Position numbers and translations under genes: made by a program. From positions 21,903,317 through 21,967,316 of the forward strand of contig NC_092671.1 in NCBI RefSeq assembly GCF_964355755.1: DNA of 64,000 bases, written 5' to 3'. Shown here piece by piece: positions 10,951 to 25,720 of this stretch. Position 1 is the stretch's first letter; every line of letters begins with the position of its first letter. Origin of the DNA: Antedon mediterranea. Taxonomy: Eukaryota; Animalia; Echinodermata. Under the pieces are notes generated by a model. It was not told where the DNA came from and did no database searches. It worked only from the letters and a program-made list of their open reading frames with translations.

Positions 10951-13900
10951 TTAACCACTTTGATGTTTTTGTGTAACCAAGTTTTTTCGAAAATCACTAA
11001 TTGGTCTAAAATGTCTCCAAATGCGATTTGAAGCTATTCTTAGCCCTTTGATGTTTTTATGTTAACAAGTTTTTTCGAAAATCACAAAATGGTCTAAAAC
11101 GTCTCCAAATGCGATTTGAAGCTATTCTAAGCACTTTGGTGTTTTGTGTGAAAAAGTTTTGTCGAATTGCTCAAAATGGTCTAAAAAGTTTTTAAATACG
11201 ATATTAAGCTATATTGTGCTCTTTGATGTTTTTGTGTGAAAAGTGTTATCGATATGCTCAAAATGGTCTAAAACGGTTTATAATGTGATTTTAAGCACTT
11301 TGATGTTTTTGCGTAACCAAGTTTCATCGAAATGCACAAAATGGTCTAAAACGTCTCCAAATGCGATTTGAAGCTATTCTAATCACTTTGGTGTTTTTGT
11401 GTTAACAAGTTTTTTCGAAAATCACAAAATGGTATAAAACGTCTACAAATGCGATTTGAAGCTATTCTAAACATTTTGGTGTTTTTATGTTAACAAGTTT
11501 TTTCGAAAATAACAAAATGGTCTAAAACGTCTCCTAATGCGATTTGAAGCTATTCTAAGCACTTTGGTGTTTTTATGTTAACAAGTTTTTTCGAAAATCA
11601 CAAAATGGTCTAAAACGTCTCCAAATGCGATTTGAAGCTAATCTGTACACTTTGATGTTTTTATGTTAACAAGTTTTTTCGAAAATCACAAAATGGTCTA
11701 AAACGTCTCCAAATGCGATTTGAAGGTATTCTAAGCACTTTGGTGTTTTGTGTGAAAAAGTTTTGTCGAAAATCACAAAATGGTCTAAAACGTCTCCAAA
11801 TGCGATTTGAAGCTATTCTAAGCACTTTGGTGTTTTGTGTAAAAAGTTTTATCGATATGCTCAAAATGGTCTAAAACTGTTTATAATGTGATTATTACTT
11901 TGATGTTTTTGCGTAACCAAGTTTCATCGAAATGCACAAAATGGTCTAAAACGTCTCCAAATGCGATTTGAAGCTATTCTAATCACTTTGGTGTTTTTAT
12001 GTTAACAAGTTTTTTCGAAAATCACAAAATGGTCTAAAACGTCTCCAAATGCGATTTGAAGCTATTCTAATCACTTTGGTGTTTTTGTGTTAACAAGTTT
12101 TTTCGAAAATCACAAAATGGTCTAAAACGTCTCCAAATGCGATTTGAAGCTATTCTAAACATTTTGGTGTTTTTATGTTAACAAGTTTTTTCGAAAATTA
12201 CAAAATGGTCTAAAACGTCTTCAAATGCGATTTGAAGCTATTCTAAGCACTTTGGTGTTTTTATGTTAACAAGTTTTTTCGAAAATCCCAAAATGGTCTA
12301 AAACGTCTCCAAATGCGATTTGAAGCTTTTCTAAACACTTTGGTGTTTTGTGTGAAAAAGTTTTGTCGAAATGCTCAAAATGGTTTAAAACGTTTTTAAA
12401 TACGATATTAAGCTATTTTGTGCTCTTTGATGTTTTTTTGTGAAATGTGTTATCGAAATGCTCAAAATGGTCTAAAACGGTTTATAATGTGATTTAAAGC
12501 ACTTTGATGTTTTTGTGTAACCAAGTTTTTTCCAAAATCACAAATTGGTCTAAAATGTCTCCAAATGCGATTGGAAGCTATTCTTAGCACTTTGATGTTT
12601 TTATGTTAACAAGTTTTTTCGAAAATCACAAAATGGTCTAAAACGTCTCCAAATGCGATTTGAAGCTATTCTAAGTACTTTGGTGTTTTTATATTAACAA
12701 GTTTTTTCGAAAATCACAAAATGGTCTAAAACGTCTCCAAATGCGATTTGAAGCTATTCTGTACACTTTGGTGTTTTGTGTGAAAAAGTTTTGTCGAAAT
12801 GCTCAAAATGGTTTAAAACGTTTTTAAATACGATATTAAGCTATTTTGTGCTCTTTGATGTTTTTGTGTGAAATGTGTTATCGAAATGCTCAAAATGGTC
12901 TAAAACGGTTTATAATGTGCTTTTAACCACTTTGATGTTTTTGTGTAACCAAGTTTTTTCGAAAATCACAAATTGGTCTAAAACGTCTCCAAATGCGATT
13001 TGAAGCTATTCTAAGCACTTTGGTGTTTTTATGTTAACAAGTTTTTTCGAAAATCACAAAATGGTCTTAAACGTCTCCAAATGCGATTTGAAGGTATTCT
13101 AAGCACTTTGGTGTTTTTATGTTAACAAGTTTTTTCGAAAATCACAAAATGGTCTAAATTGTCTCCATATGCGATTTGAAGCTATTCTAATACTTTGGTG
13201 TTTTTATGTTAACAAGTTTTTTCGAAAATCACAAAATGGTCTAAATTGTCTCCATATGCGATTTGAAGCTATTCTTAGCAGTTTGGTGTTTTTATGTTAA
13301 AAAGTTTTTTTCGAAAATCACAAAATGGTCTAAAACGTCTCCAAATGCGATTTGAAGCTATTCTAAGCACTTTGATGTTTTTGTGTGAAAAGTGTTATCG
13401 AAATGCTCAAAATGGTCTAAAACGGTTTATAATGTGATTTTAACCAATTTGATGTTTTTGTGTAACCAAGTTTTTTCGAAAATCACTAATTGGTCTAAAA
13501 TGTCTCCAAATGCGATTTGAAGCTATTCTTAGCACTTTGATGTTTTTATGTTAACAAGTTTTTTCGAAAATCACAAAATGGTCTAAAACGTCTCCAAATG
13601 CGATTTGAAGCTATTCTAAGCACTTTGGTGTTTTGTGTGAAAAAGTTTTGTCGAAATGCTCAAAATGGTCTAAAACGTTTTTAAATAAGATATTAAGCTA
13701 TATTGTGCTCTTTGATGTTTTTGTGTGAAAAGTGTTATCGATATGCTCAAAATGGTCTAAAACGGTTTATAATGTGATTTTAAGCACTTTGATGTTTTTG
13801 CGTAACCAAGTTTCATCGAAATGCACAAATTGGTCTAAAACGTCTCCAAATGCGATTTGAAGCTATTCTAATCACTTTGGTGTTTTTGTGTTAACAAGTT

Positions 13901-15940
13901 TTTTCGAAAATCACAAAATGGTCTAAAACGTCTCCAAATGTGATTTGAAGCTATTCTAAACATTTTGGTGTTTTTATGTTAACAAGTTTTTTCGAAAATA
14001 ACAAAATGGTCTAAAACGTCTCCAAATGCGATTTGAAGGTATTCTAAGCACTTTGGTGTTTTGTGTGAAAAAGTTTTGTCGAAAATCACAAAATGGTCTA
14101 AAACGTCTCCAAATGCGATTTCAAGCTATTCTAAGCACTTTGGTGTTTTGTGTAAAAAGTGTTATCGATATGCTCAAAATGGTCTAAAACGGTTTATAAT
14201 GTGATTTTAAGCACTTTGATGTTTTTGCGTAACCAAGTTTCATCGAAATGCACAAAATGGTCTAAAACGTCTCCAAATGCGATTTGAAGCTATTCTAATC
14301 ACTTTGGTGTTTTTATGTTAACAAGTTTTTTCGAAAATCACAAAATGGTCTAAAACGTCTCCAAATGCGATTTGAAGCTATTCTAATCACTTTGGTGTTT
14401 TTGTGTTAACAAGTTTTTTCGAAAATCACAAAATGGTCTAAAACGTCTCCAAATGCGATTTGAAGCTATTCTAAACATTTTGGTGTTTTTATGTTAACAA
14501 GTTTTTTCGAAAATCACAAAATGGTTTAAAACGTCTCCAAATGCGATTTGAAGCTATTCTAAGCACTTTGGTGTTTTTATGTTAACAAGTTTTTTCGAAA
14601 ATCACAAAATGGTCTAAAACGTCTCCAAATGCGATTTGAAGCTATTCTGTAAACTTTGATGTTTTTATGTTAACAAGTTTTTTCGAAAATCACAAAATTG
14701 TCTAAAACGTCTCCAAATGCGATTTGAAGGTATTCTAAGCACTTTGGTGTTTTGTGTGAAAAAGTTTTGTCGAAATGCTCAAAATGGTCTAAAACGTTTT
14801 TAAATAGGATATTAAGCTATATTGTGCCCTTTGATGTTTTTGTGTGAAAAGTGTTATCGAAATGCTCAAATGGTCTAAAACGGTTTATAACGTGATTTTA
14901 AGCACTTTGATGTTTTTGTGTAACCAAGTTTCATCGAAATGCACAAAATGGTCTAAAACGTCTCCAAATGCGATTTGAAGCTATTCTAAGAACTTTGGTG
15001 TTTTTATGTTAACAAGTTTTTTTGAAAATTACAAAATGGTCTAAAACGTCTCCAAATGCGATTTGAAGCTATTCTAAGCACTTTGGTGTTTTTATGTTAA
15101 CAAGTTTTTTCAAAAATCCCAAAATGGTCTAAAACGTCTCCAAATGCGATTTGAAGCTTTTCTAAACACTTTGGTGTTTTTATGTTAACAAGTTTTTTCG
15201 AAAATCACAAAATGGTCTAAAACGTCTCCAAATGCGATTTGAAGCTATTTTAAGAACTTTGGTGTTTTTATGTTAACAAGTTTTTTCGAAAATCACAAAA
15301 TGGTCTAAAACGTCTCCAAATGCGATTTGAAGCTATTCTAAGCACTTTGGTGTTTTTATGTTAACAAGTTTTTTCGAAAATCACAAAATGGTCTAAAACG
15401 TCTCCCAATGCGATTTGAAGCTATTCTAAGCACTTTGGTGTTTTTATGTTAACAAGTTTTTTCGAAAATCACAAAATTGTCTAAAACGTCTCCAAATGCG
15501 ATTTGAAGCTATTCTGTAAACTTTGATGTTTTTATGTTAACAAGTTTTTTCGAAAATCACAAAATTGTCTAAAACGTCTCCAAATGCGATTTGAAGGTAT
15601 TCTAAGCACTTTGGTGTTTTGTGTGAAAAAGTTTTGTCGAAATGCTCAAAATGGTCTAAAACGTTTTTAAATAGGATATTAAGCTATATTGTGAACTTTG
15701 ATGTTTTTGTGTGAAAAGTGTTATCGAAATGCTCAAATGGTCTAAAACGGTTTATAATGTGATTTTAAGCACTTTGATGTTTTTGTGTAACCAAGTTTCA
15801 TCGAAATGCACAAAATGGTCTAAAACGTCTCCAAATGCGATTTGAAGCTATTCTAAGAACTTTGGTGTTTTTATGTTAACAAGTTTTTTTGAAAATTACA
15901 AAATGGTCTAAAACGTCTCCAAATGCGATTTGAAGCTATT

Positions 15941-16293
15941 ATTTATTTATTTATTTTTATTTTATTTTATGTCTTTAGGCACTGTGGCCAAGGATTACCA
16001 ATAGTGAATTAATCACTGTCCTATCAGATAGGTGGTAATCCCCCTGATACAGAGGCTATTGTGTGAACCAGTTCACCGGGGTAACCCCCTACTCTTTTTC
16101 GAATAATGAACTGGGTTCTTTAAAGTACACACATGTTATAACTGTGTACACTGGACCTACGGTTTATAGTCCTTATCCGAGAAGACTTGTTCCACCACCA
16201 GAACTAGGAGCGAGTCGGCCTCGAACCCTTGCCGATGTTGTTGTTGGCTCTTTAGGTACGATAAACGGCGCCCCTGCCTTAACCGCTCGGCCA
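15941..16293 (-). mobile_element. tRNA-derived SINE, copy 2
   Basis: Identical by eye to copy 1 at offset 10086, with the same TATT duplication and the same flanking monomer variants. Confidence 0.9.
16217..16293 (-). promoter_or_regulatory. Pol III A/B boxes of SINE copy 2
   Basis: Same motifs as copy 1 at offset 10086. Confidence 0.8.
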
Positions 16294-19200
16294 TATTCTA
16301 AGCACTTTGGTGTTTTTATGTTAACAAGTTTTTTCGAAAATCCCAAAATGGTCTAAAACGTCTCCAAATGCGATTTGAAGCTTTTCTAAACACTTTGGTG
16401 TTTTTATGTTAACAGGTTTTTTCGAAAATCACAAAATGGTCTAAAACGTCTCCAAATGCGATTTGAAGCTATTTTAAGAACTTTGTTTTTTTTATGTTAA
16501 CAAGTTTTTTCGAAAATCACAAAATGGTCTAAAACGTCTCCAAATGCGATTTGAAGCTATTCTAAGCACTTTGGTGTTTTTATGTTAACAAGTTTTTTCG
16601 AAAATCACAATATGGTCTAAAACGTCTCCTAATGCGATTTGAAGCTATTCTAAGCACTTTGGTGTTTTTATGTTAACAAGTTTTTTCGAAAATCACAAAA
16701 TGGTCTAAAACGTCTCCAAATGCGATTTGAAGCTATTCTAAGCACTTTGGTGTTTTTATGTTAACAAGTTTTTTCGAAAATCACAAAATGGTCTAAAACG
16801 TCTCCAAATGCGATTTGAAGCTATTCTGTACACTTTGATGTTTTTATGTTAACAAGTTTTTTCGAAAATCACAAAATGGTCTAAAACGTCTCCAAATGCG
16901 ATTTGAAGGTATTCTAAGCACTTTGGTGTTTTGTGTGAAAAAGTTTTGTCGAAAATCACAAAATGGTCTAAAACGTCTCCAAATGCGATTTGAAGCTATT
17001 CTAAGCACTTTGGTGTTTTGTGTAAAAAGTGTTATCGATATGCTCAAAATGGTCTAAAACGGTTTATAATGTGATTTTAAGCACTTTGATGTTTTTGCGT
17101 AACCAAGTTTCATCGAAATGCACAAAATGGTCTAAAACGTCTCCAAATGCGATTTGAAGCTATTCTAATCACTTTGGTGTTTTTATGTTAACAAGTTTTT
17201 TCGAAAATCACAAAATGGTCTAAAACGTCTCCAAATGCGATTGGAAGCTATTCTTAGCACTTTGATGTTTTTATGTTAACAAGTTTTTTCGAAAATCACA
17301 AAATGGTCTAAAATGTCTCCAAATGCGATTTGAAGGTATTCTAAGCACTTTGGTGTTTTTATGTTAACAAGTTTTTTCGAAAATCACAAAATGGTCTAAA
17401 TTGTCTCCATATGCGATTTGAAGCTATTCTTAGCAGTTTGGTGTTTTTATGTTAAAAAGTTTTTTTCGAAAATCACAAAATGGTCTAAAACGTCTCCAAA
17501 TGCGATTTGAAGCTATTCTAAGCACTTTGATGTTTTTGTGTGAAAAGTGTTATCGAAATGCTCAAAATGGTCTAAAACGGTTTATAATGTGATTTTAACC
17601 ACTTTGATGTTTTTGTGTAACCAAGTTTTTTCGAAAATCACTAATTGGTCTAAAATGTCTCCAAATTCGATTTGAAGCTATTCTTAGCACTTTGATGTTT
17701 TTATGTTAACAAGTTTTTTCGAAAATCACAAAATGGTCTAAAACGTCTCCAAATGCGATTTGAAGCTATTCTAAGCACTTTGGTGTTTTTATGTTAACAA
17801 GTTGTTTTCGAAAATCACAAAATGGTCTAAAACGTCTACAAATGCGATTGGAAGCTATTCTTAGCACTTTGATGTTTTTATGTTAACAAGTTTTTTCGAA
17901 AATCACAAAATGGTCTAAAATGTCTCCAAATGCGATTTGAAGGTATTCTAAGCACTTTGGTGTTTTTATGTTAACAAGTTTTTTCGAAAATCACAAAATG
18001 GTCTAAATTGTCTCCATATGCGATTTGAAGCTATTCTTAGCAGTTTGGTGTTTTTATGTTAAAAAGTTTTTTTCGAAAATCACAAAATGGTCTAAAACGT
18101 CTCCAAATGCGATTTGAAGCTATTCTAAGCACTTTGATGTTTTTGTGTGAAAAGTGTTATCGAAATGCTCAAAATGGTCTAAAACGGTTTATAATGTGAT
18201 TTTAACCACTTTGATGTTTTTGTGTAACCAAGTTTTTTCGAAAATCACTAATTGGTCTAAATGTCTCCAAATTCGATTTGAAACTATTCTTAGCACTTTG
18301 ATGTTTTTATGTTAACAAGTTTTTTCGAAAATCACAAAATGGTCTAAAACGTCTCCAAATGCGATTTGAAGCTATTCTAAGCACTTTGGTGTTTTGTGTG
18401 AAAAAGTTTTGTCGAAATGCTCAAAATGGTCTAAAACGTTTTTAAATACGATATTAAGCTATATTGTGCTCTTTGATGTTTTTGTGTGAAAAGTGTTATC
18501 GATATGCTCAAAATGGTCTAAAACGGTTTATAATGTGATTTTAAGCACTTTGATGTTTTTGCGTAACCAAGTTTCATCGAAATGCACAAAATGGTCTAAA
18601 ACGTCTCCAAATGCGATTTGAAGCTATTCTAATCACTTTGGTGTTTTTGTGTTAACAAGTTTTTTCGAAAATCACAAAATGGTCTAAAACGTCTCCAAAT
18701 GCGATTTGAAGCTATTCTAAACATTTTGGTGTTTTTATGTTAACAAGTTTTTTCGAAAATCACAAAATGGTCTAAAACGTCTCCAAATGCGATTTGAAGC
18801 TATTCTAAGCACTTTGGTGTTTTTATGTTAACAAGTTTTTTCGAAAATCACAAAATGGTCTAAAACGTCTCCTAATGCGATTTGAAGCTATTCTAAGCAC
18901 TTTGGTGTTTTTATGTTAACAAGTTTTTTCGAAAATCACAAAATGGTCTAAAACGTCTCCAAATGCGATTTGAAGCTATTCTGTACACTTTGATGTTTTT
19001 ATGTTAACAAGTTTTTTCGAAAATCACAAAATGGTCTAAAACGTCTCCAAATGCGATTTGAAGGTATTCTAAGCACTTTGGTGTTTTGTGTGAAAAAGTT
19101 TTGTCGAAAATCACAAAATGGTCTAAAACGTCTCCAAATGCGATTTGAAGCTATTCTAAGCACTTTGGTGTTTTGTGTAAAAAGTTTTATGGATATGCTC

Positions 19201-22200
19201 AAAATGGTCTAAAACGGTTTATAATGTGATTTTAAGCACATTGATGTTTTTGCGTAACCAAGTTTCATCGAAATGCACAAAATGGTCTAAAACGTCTCCA
19301 AATGCGATTTGAAGCTATTCTAATCACTTTGGTGTTTTTATGTTAACAAGTTTTTTCGAAAATCACAAAATGGTCTAAAACGTCTCCAAATGCGATTTGA
19401 AGCTATTCTAATCACTTTGGTGTTTTTATGTTAACAAGTTTTTTCGAAAATCACAAAATGGTCTAAAACGTCTCCAAATGCGATTTGAAGCTATTCTAAT
19501 CACTTTGGTGTTTTTGTGTTAACAAGTTTTTTCGAAAATCACAAAATGGTCTAAAACGTCTCCAAATGCGATTTGAAGCTATTCTAAACATTTTGGTGTT
19601 TTTATGTTAACAAGTTTTTTCGAAAATCACAAAATGGTTTAAAACGTCTCCAAATGCGATTTGAAGCTATTCTAAGTACTTTGGTGTTTTTATATTAACA
19701 AGTTTTTTCGAAAATCACAAAATGGTCTAAAACGTCTCCAAATGCGATTTGAAGCTATTCTAAGCACTTTGGTGTTTTTATGTTAACAAGTTTTTTTCGA
19801 AAATCACAAAATGGTCTAAAACGTCTCCAAATGCGATTTGAAGCTATTCTGTACACTTTGATGTTTTTATGTTAACAAGTTTTTTCGAAAATCACAAAAT
19901 GGTCTAAAACGTCTCCTAATGCGATTTGAAGCTATTGTAAGCACTTTGGTGTTTTTATGTTAACAAGTTTTTTCGAAAATCACAAAATGGTCTAAAACGT
20001 TTTTAAATACGATATTAAGCTATTCTGTACACTTTGGTGTTTTGTGTGAAAAAGTTTTGTCGAAATGCTCAAAATGGTCTAAAACGTTTTTAAATACGAT
20101 ATTAACCTATTTTATGCTCTTTGATGTTTTTGTGTGAAAAGTGTTATCGAAATGCTCAAAATGGTCTAAAACGGTTTTATAATGTGATTTTAAGCACTTT
20201 GATGTTTTTGTGTAACCAAGTTTTTTCGAAAATCACAAATTGGTCTAAAATGTCTCCAAATGCGATTTGAAGCTATTCTTAGCACTTTGGTGTTTTTATG
20301 TTAACAAGTTTTTTCGAAAATCACAAATTGGTCTAAAATGTCTCCAAATGCGATTTGAAGCTATTCTGTACACTTTGGTGTTTTATGTTAACAAGTTTTT
20401 TCGAAAATCACAAAATGTTCTAAAACGTTTCCAAATACGATATTAAGCTATTTTGTGCTCTTTGATGTTTTTGGGTAAAAAATTTTATCGATATGCTCAA
20501 AATGGTCTAAAACGGTTTATAATGTGATTTTAAGCACTTTGATGTTTTTGCGTAACCAAGTTTCATCGAAATGCTCAAAATGGTCTAAAACGTTTTTAAA
20601 TACGATATTAACCTATTTTATGCTCTTTGATGTTTTTGTGTGAAAAGTGTTATCGAAATGCTCAAAATGGTCTAACACGGTTTTATAATGTGATTTTAAG
20701 CACTTTGATGTTTTTGTGTAACCAAGTTTTTTCGAAAATCACAAATTGGTCTAAAATGTCTCCAAATGCGATTTGAAGCTATTCTTAGCACTTTGGTGTT
20801 TTTATGTTAACAAGTTTTTTCGAAAATCACAAATTGGTCTAAAATGTCTCCAAATGCGATTTGAAGCTATTCTGTACACTTTGGTGTTTTATGTTAACAA
20901 GTTTTTTCGAAAATCACAAAATGTTCTAAAACGTTTCCAAATACGATATTAAGCTATTTTGTGCTCTTTGATGTTTTTGTGTAAAAAATTTTATCGATAT
21001 GCTCAAAATGGTCTAAAACGGTTTATAATGTGATTTTAACCACTTTGATGTTTTTGTGTAACCAAGTTTTTTCGAAAATCACTAATTGGTCTAAAATGTC
21101 TCCAAATGCGATTTGAAGCTATTCTTAGCCCTTTGATGTTTTTATGTTAACAAGTTTTTTCGAAAATCACAAAATGGTCTAAAACGTCTCCAAATGCGAT
21201 TTGAAGCTATTCTAAGCACTTTGGTGTTTTGTGTGAAAAAGTTTTGTCGAATTGCTCAAAATGGTCTAAAACGTTTTTAAATACGATATTAAGCTATATT
21301 GTGCTCTTTGATGTTTTTGTGTGAAAAGTGTTATCGATATGCTCAAAATGGTCTAAAACGGTTTATAATGTGATTTTAAGCACTTTGATGTTTTTGCGTA
21401 ACCAAGTTTCATCGAAATGCACAAAATGGTCTAAAACGTCTCCAAATGCGATTTGAAGCTATTCTAATCACTTTGGTGTTTTTGTGTTAACAAGTTTTTT
21501 CGAAAATCACAAAATGGTATAAAACGTCTACAAATGCGATTTGAAGCTATTCTAAACATTTTGGTGTTTTTATGTTAACAAGTTTTTTCGAAAATAACAA
21601 AATGGTCTAAAACGTCTCCTAATGCGATTTGAAGCTATTCTAAGCACTTTGGTGTTTTTATGTTAACAAGTTTTTTCGAAAATCACAAAATGGTCTAAAA
21701 CGTCTCCAAATGCGATTTGAAGCTAATCTGTACACTTTGATGTTTTTATGTTAACAAGTTTTTTCGAAAATCACAAAATGGTCTAAAACGTCTCCAAATG
21801 CGATTTGAAGGTATTCTAAGCACTTTGGTGTTTTGTGTGAAAAAGTTTTGTCGAAAATCACAAAATGGTCTAAAACGTCTCCAAATGCGATTTGAAGCTA
21901 TTCTAAGCACTTTGGTGTTTTGTGTAAAAAGTTTTATCGATATGCTCAAAATGGTCTAAAACTGTTTATAATGTGATTATTACTTTGATGTTTTTGAGTA
22001 ACCAAGTTTCATCGAAATGCACAAAATGGTCTAAAACGTCTCCAAATGCGATTTGAAGCTATTCTAATCACTTTGGTGTTTTTATGTTAACAAGTTTTTT
22101 CGAAAATCACAAAATGGTCTAAAACGTCTCCAAATGCGATTTGAAGCTATTCTAATCACTTTGGTGTTTTTGTGTTAACAAGTTTTTTCGAAAATCACAA

Positions 22201-22359
22201 AATGGTCTAAAACGTCTCCAAATGCGATTTGAAGCTATTCTAAACATTTTGGTGTTTTTATGTTAACAAGTTTTTTCGAAAATTACAAAATGGTCTAAAA
22301 CGTCTTCAAATGCGATTTGAAGCTATTCTAAGCACTTTGGTGTTTTTATGTTAACAAGT

Positions 22360-25300
22360 TTTTTCGAAAATCCCAAAATGGTCTAAAACGTCTCCAAATG
22401 CGATTTGAAGCTTTTCTAAACACTTTGGTGTTTTGTGTGAAAAAGTTTTGTCGAAATGCTCAAAATGGTTTAAAACGTTTTTAAATACGATATTAAGCTA
22501 TTTTGTGCTCTTTGATGTTTTTTTGTGAAATGTGTTATCGAAATGCTCAAAATGGTCTAAAACGGTTTATAATGTGATTTAAAGCACTTTGATGTTTTTG
22601 TGTAACCAAGTTTTTTCCAAAATCACAAATTGGTCTAAAATGTCTCCAAATGCGATTGGAAGCTATTCTTAGCACTTTGATGTTTTTATGTTAACAAGTT
22701 TTTTCGAAAATCACAAAATGGTCTAAAACGTCTCCAAATGCGATTTGAAGCTATTCTAAGTACTTTGGTGTTTTTATATTAACAAGTTTTTTCGAAAATC
22801 ACAAAATGGTCTAAAACGTCTCCAAATGCGATTTGAAGCTATTCTGTACACTTTGGTGTTTTGTGTGAAAAAGTTTTGTCGAAATGCTCAAAATGGTTTA
22901 AAACGTTTTTAAATACGATATTAAGCTATTTTGTGCTCTTTGATGTTTTTGTGTGAAATGTGTTATCGAAATGCTCAAAATGGTCTAAAACGGTTTATAA
23001 TGTGATTTTATCCACTTTGATGTTTTTGTGTAACCAAGTTTTTTCGAAAATCACAAATTGGTCTAAAACGTCTCCAAATGCGATTTGAAGCTATTCTAAG
23101 CACTTTGGTGTTTTTATGTTAACAAGTTGTTTTCGAAAATCACAAAATGGTCTAAAACGTCTCCAAATGCGATTGGAAGCTATTCTTAGCACTTTGATGT
23201 TTTTATGTTAACAAGTTTTTTCGAAAATCACAAAATGGTCTAAAATGTCTCCAAATGCGATTTGAAGGTATTCTAAGCACTTTGGTGTTTTTATGTTAAC
23301 AAGTTTTTTCGAAAATCACAAAATGGTCTAAATTGTCTCCATATGCGATTTGAAGCTATTCTTAGCAGTTTGGTGTTTTTATGTTAAAAAGTTTTTTTCG
23401 AAAATCACAAAATGGTCTAAAACGTCTCCAAATGCGATTTGAAGCTATTCTAAGCACTTTGATGTTTTTGTGTGAAAAGTGTTATCGAAATGCTCAAAAT
23501 GGTCTAAAACGGTTTATAATGTGATTTTAACCACTTTGATGTTTTTGTGTAACCAAGTTTTTTCGAAAATCACTAATTGGTCTAAAATGTCTCCAAATGC
23601 GATTTGAAGCTATTCTTAGCACTTTGATGTTTTTATGTTAACAAGTTTTTTCGAAAATCACAAAATGGTCTAAAACGTCTCCAAATGCGATTTGAAGCTA
23701 TTCTAAGCACTTTGGTGTTTTGTGTGAAAAAGTTTTGTCGAAATGCTCAAAATGGTCTAAAACGTTTTTAAATACGATATTAAGCTATATTGTGGTCTTT
23801 GATGTTTTTGTGTGAAAAGTGTTATCGATATGCTCAAAATGGTCTAAAACGGGTTATAATGTGATTTTATCCACTTTGATGTTTTTGTGTAACCAAGTTT
23901 TTTCGAAAATCACAAATTGGTCTAAAACGTCTCCAAATGCGATTTGAAGCTATTCTAATCACTTTGGTGTTTTTATGTTAACAAGTTTTTTCGAAAATCA
24001 CAAAATGGTCTAAAACGTCTCCAAATGCGATTTGAAGCTATTCTAATCACTTTGGTGTTTTTGTGTTAACAAGTTTTTTCGAAAATCCCAAAATGGTCTA
24101 AAACGTCTCCAAATGCGATTTGAAGCTTTTCTAAACACTTTGGTGTTTTGTGTGAAAAAGTTTTGTCGAAATGCTCAAAATGGTTTAAAACGTTTTTAAA
24201 TACGATATTAAGCTATTTTGTGCTCTTTGATGTTTTTTTGTGAAATGTGTTATCGAAATGCTCAAAATGGTCTAAAACGGTTTATAATGTGATTTAAAGC
24301 ACTTTGATGTTTTTGTGTAACCAAGTTTTTTCCAAAATCACAAATTGGTCTAAAATGTCTCCAAATGCGATTGGAAGCTATTCTTAGCACTTTGATGTTT
24401 TTATGTTAACAAGTTTTTTCGAAAATCACAAAATGGTCTAAAACGTCTCCAAATGCGATTTGAAGCTATTCTAAGTACTTTGGTGTTTTTATATTAACAA
24501 GTTTTTTCGAAAATCACAAAATGGTCTAAAACGTCTCCAAATGCGATTTGAAGCTATTCTGTACACTTTGGTGTTTTGTGTGAAAAAGTTTTGTCGAAAT
24601 GCTCAAAATGGTTTAAAACGTTTTTAAATACGATATTAAGCTATTTTGTGCTCTTTGATGTTTTTGTGTGAAATGTGTTATCGAAATGCTCAAAATGGTC
24701 TAAAACGGTTTATAATGTGATTTTATCCACTTTGATGTTTTTGTGTAACCAAGTTTTTTCGAAAATCACAAATTGGTCTAAAACGTCTCCAAATGCGATT
24801 TGAAGCTATTCTAAGCACTTTGGTGTTTTTATGTTAACAAGTTGTTTTCGAAAATCACAAAATGGTCTAAAACGTCTCCAAATGCGATTGGAAGCTATTC
24901 TTAGCACTTTGATGTTTTTATGTTAACAAGTTTTTTCGAAAATCACAAAATGGTCTAAAATGTCTCCAAATGCGATTTGAAGGTATTCTAAGCACTTTGG
25001 TGTTTTTATGTTAACAAGTTTTTTCGAAAATCACAAAATGGTCTAAATTGTCTCCATATGCGATTTGAAGCTATTCTTAGCAGTTTGGTGTTTTTATGTT
25101 AAAAAGTTTTTTTCGAAAATCACAAAATGGTCTAAAACGTCTCCAAATGCGATTTGAAGCTATTCTAAGCACTTTGATGTTTTTGTGTAACCAAGTTTTT
25201 TCGAAAATCACTAATTGGTCTAAAATGTCTCCAAATGCGATTTGAAGCTATTCTTAGCACTTTGATGTTTTTATGTTAACAAGTTTTTTCGAAAATCACA

Positions 25301-25720
25301 AAATGGTCTAAAACGTCTCCAAATGCGATTTGAAGCTATTCTAAGCACTTTGGTGTTTTGTGTGAAAAAGTTTTGTCGAAATGCTCAAAATGGTCTAAAA
25401 CGTTTTTAAATACGATATTAAGCTATATTGTGGTCTTTGATGTTTTTGTGTGAAAAGTGTTATCGATATGCTCAAAATGGTCTAAAACGGGTTATAATGT
25501 GATTTTATCCACTTTGATGTTTTTGTGTAACCAAGTTTTTTCGAAAATCACAAATTGGTCTAAAACGTCTCCAAATGCGATTTGAAGCTATTCTAATCAC
25601 TTTGGTGTTTTTATGTTAACAAGTTTTTTCGAAAATCACAAAATGGTCTAAAACGTCTCCAAATGCGATTTGAAGCTATTCTAATCACTTTGGTGTTTTT
25701 GTGTTAACAAGTTTTTTCGA
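22360..25720 (+). repeat. 1715-bp tandem duplication; the second copy lacks 77 bp near 25185
   Basis: TTTTCCAAAATC at 22617/24332 (offset 1715) and CGGGTTATAA at 23850/25488 (offset 1638). Confidence 0.8.

Larger units (their letters stand above)
4545..23004 (+). repeat. SINE-containing ~8.4-kb block duplicated at 10,085-10,086-bp spacing (about 4545-12919 and 14631-23004)
   Basis: SINE and ORF-track offsets: 5977/16063, 6758/16844, 8914/18999, 11661/21746. Rare variants recur in the same order. Boundaries are approximate. Confidence 0.9.
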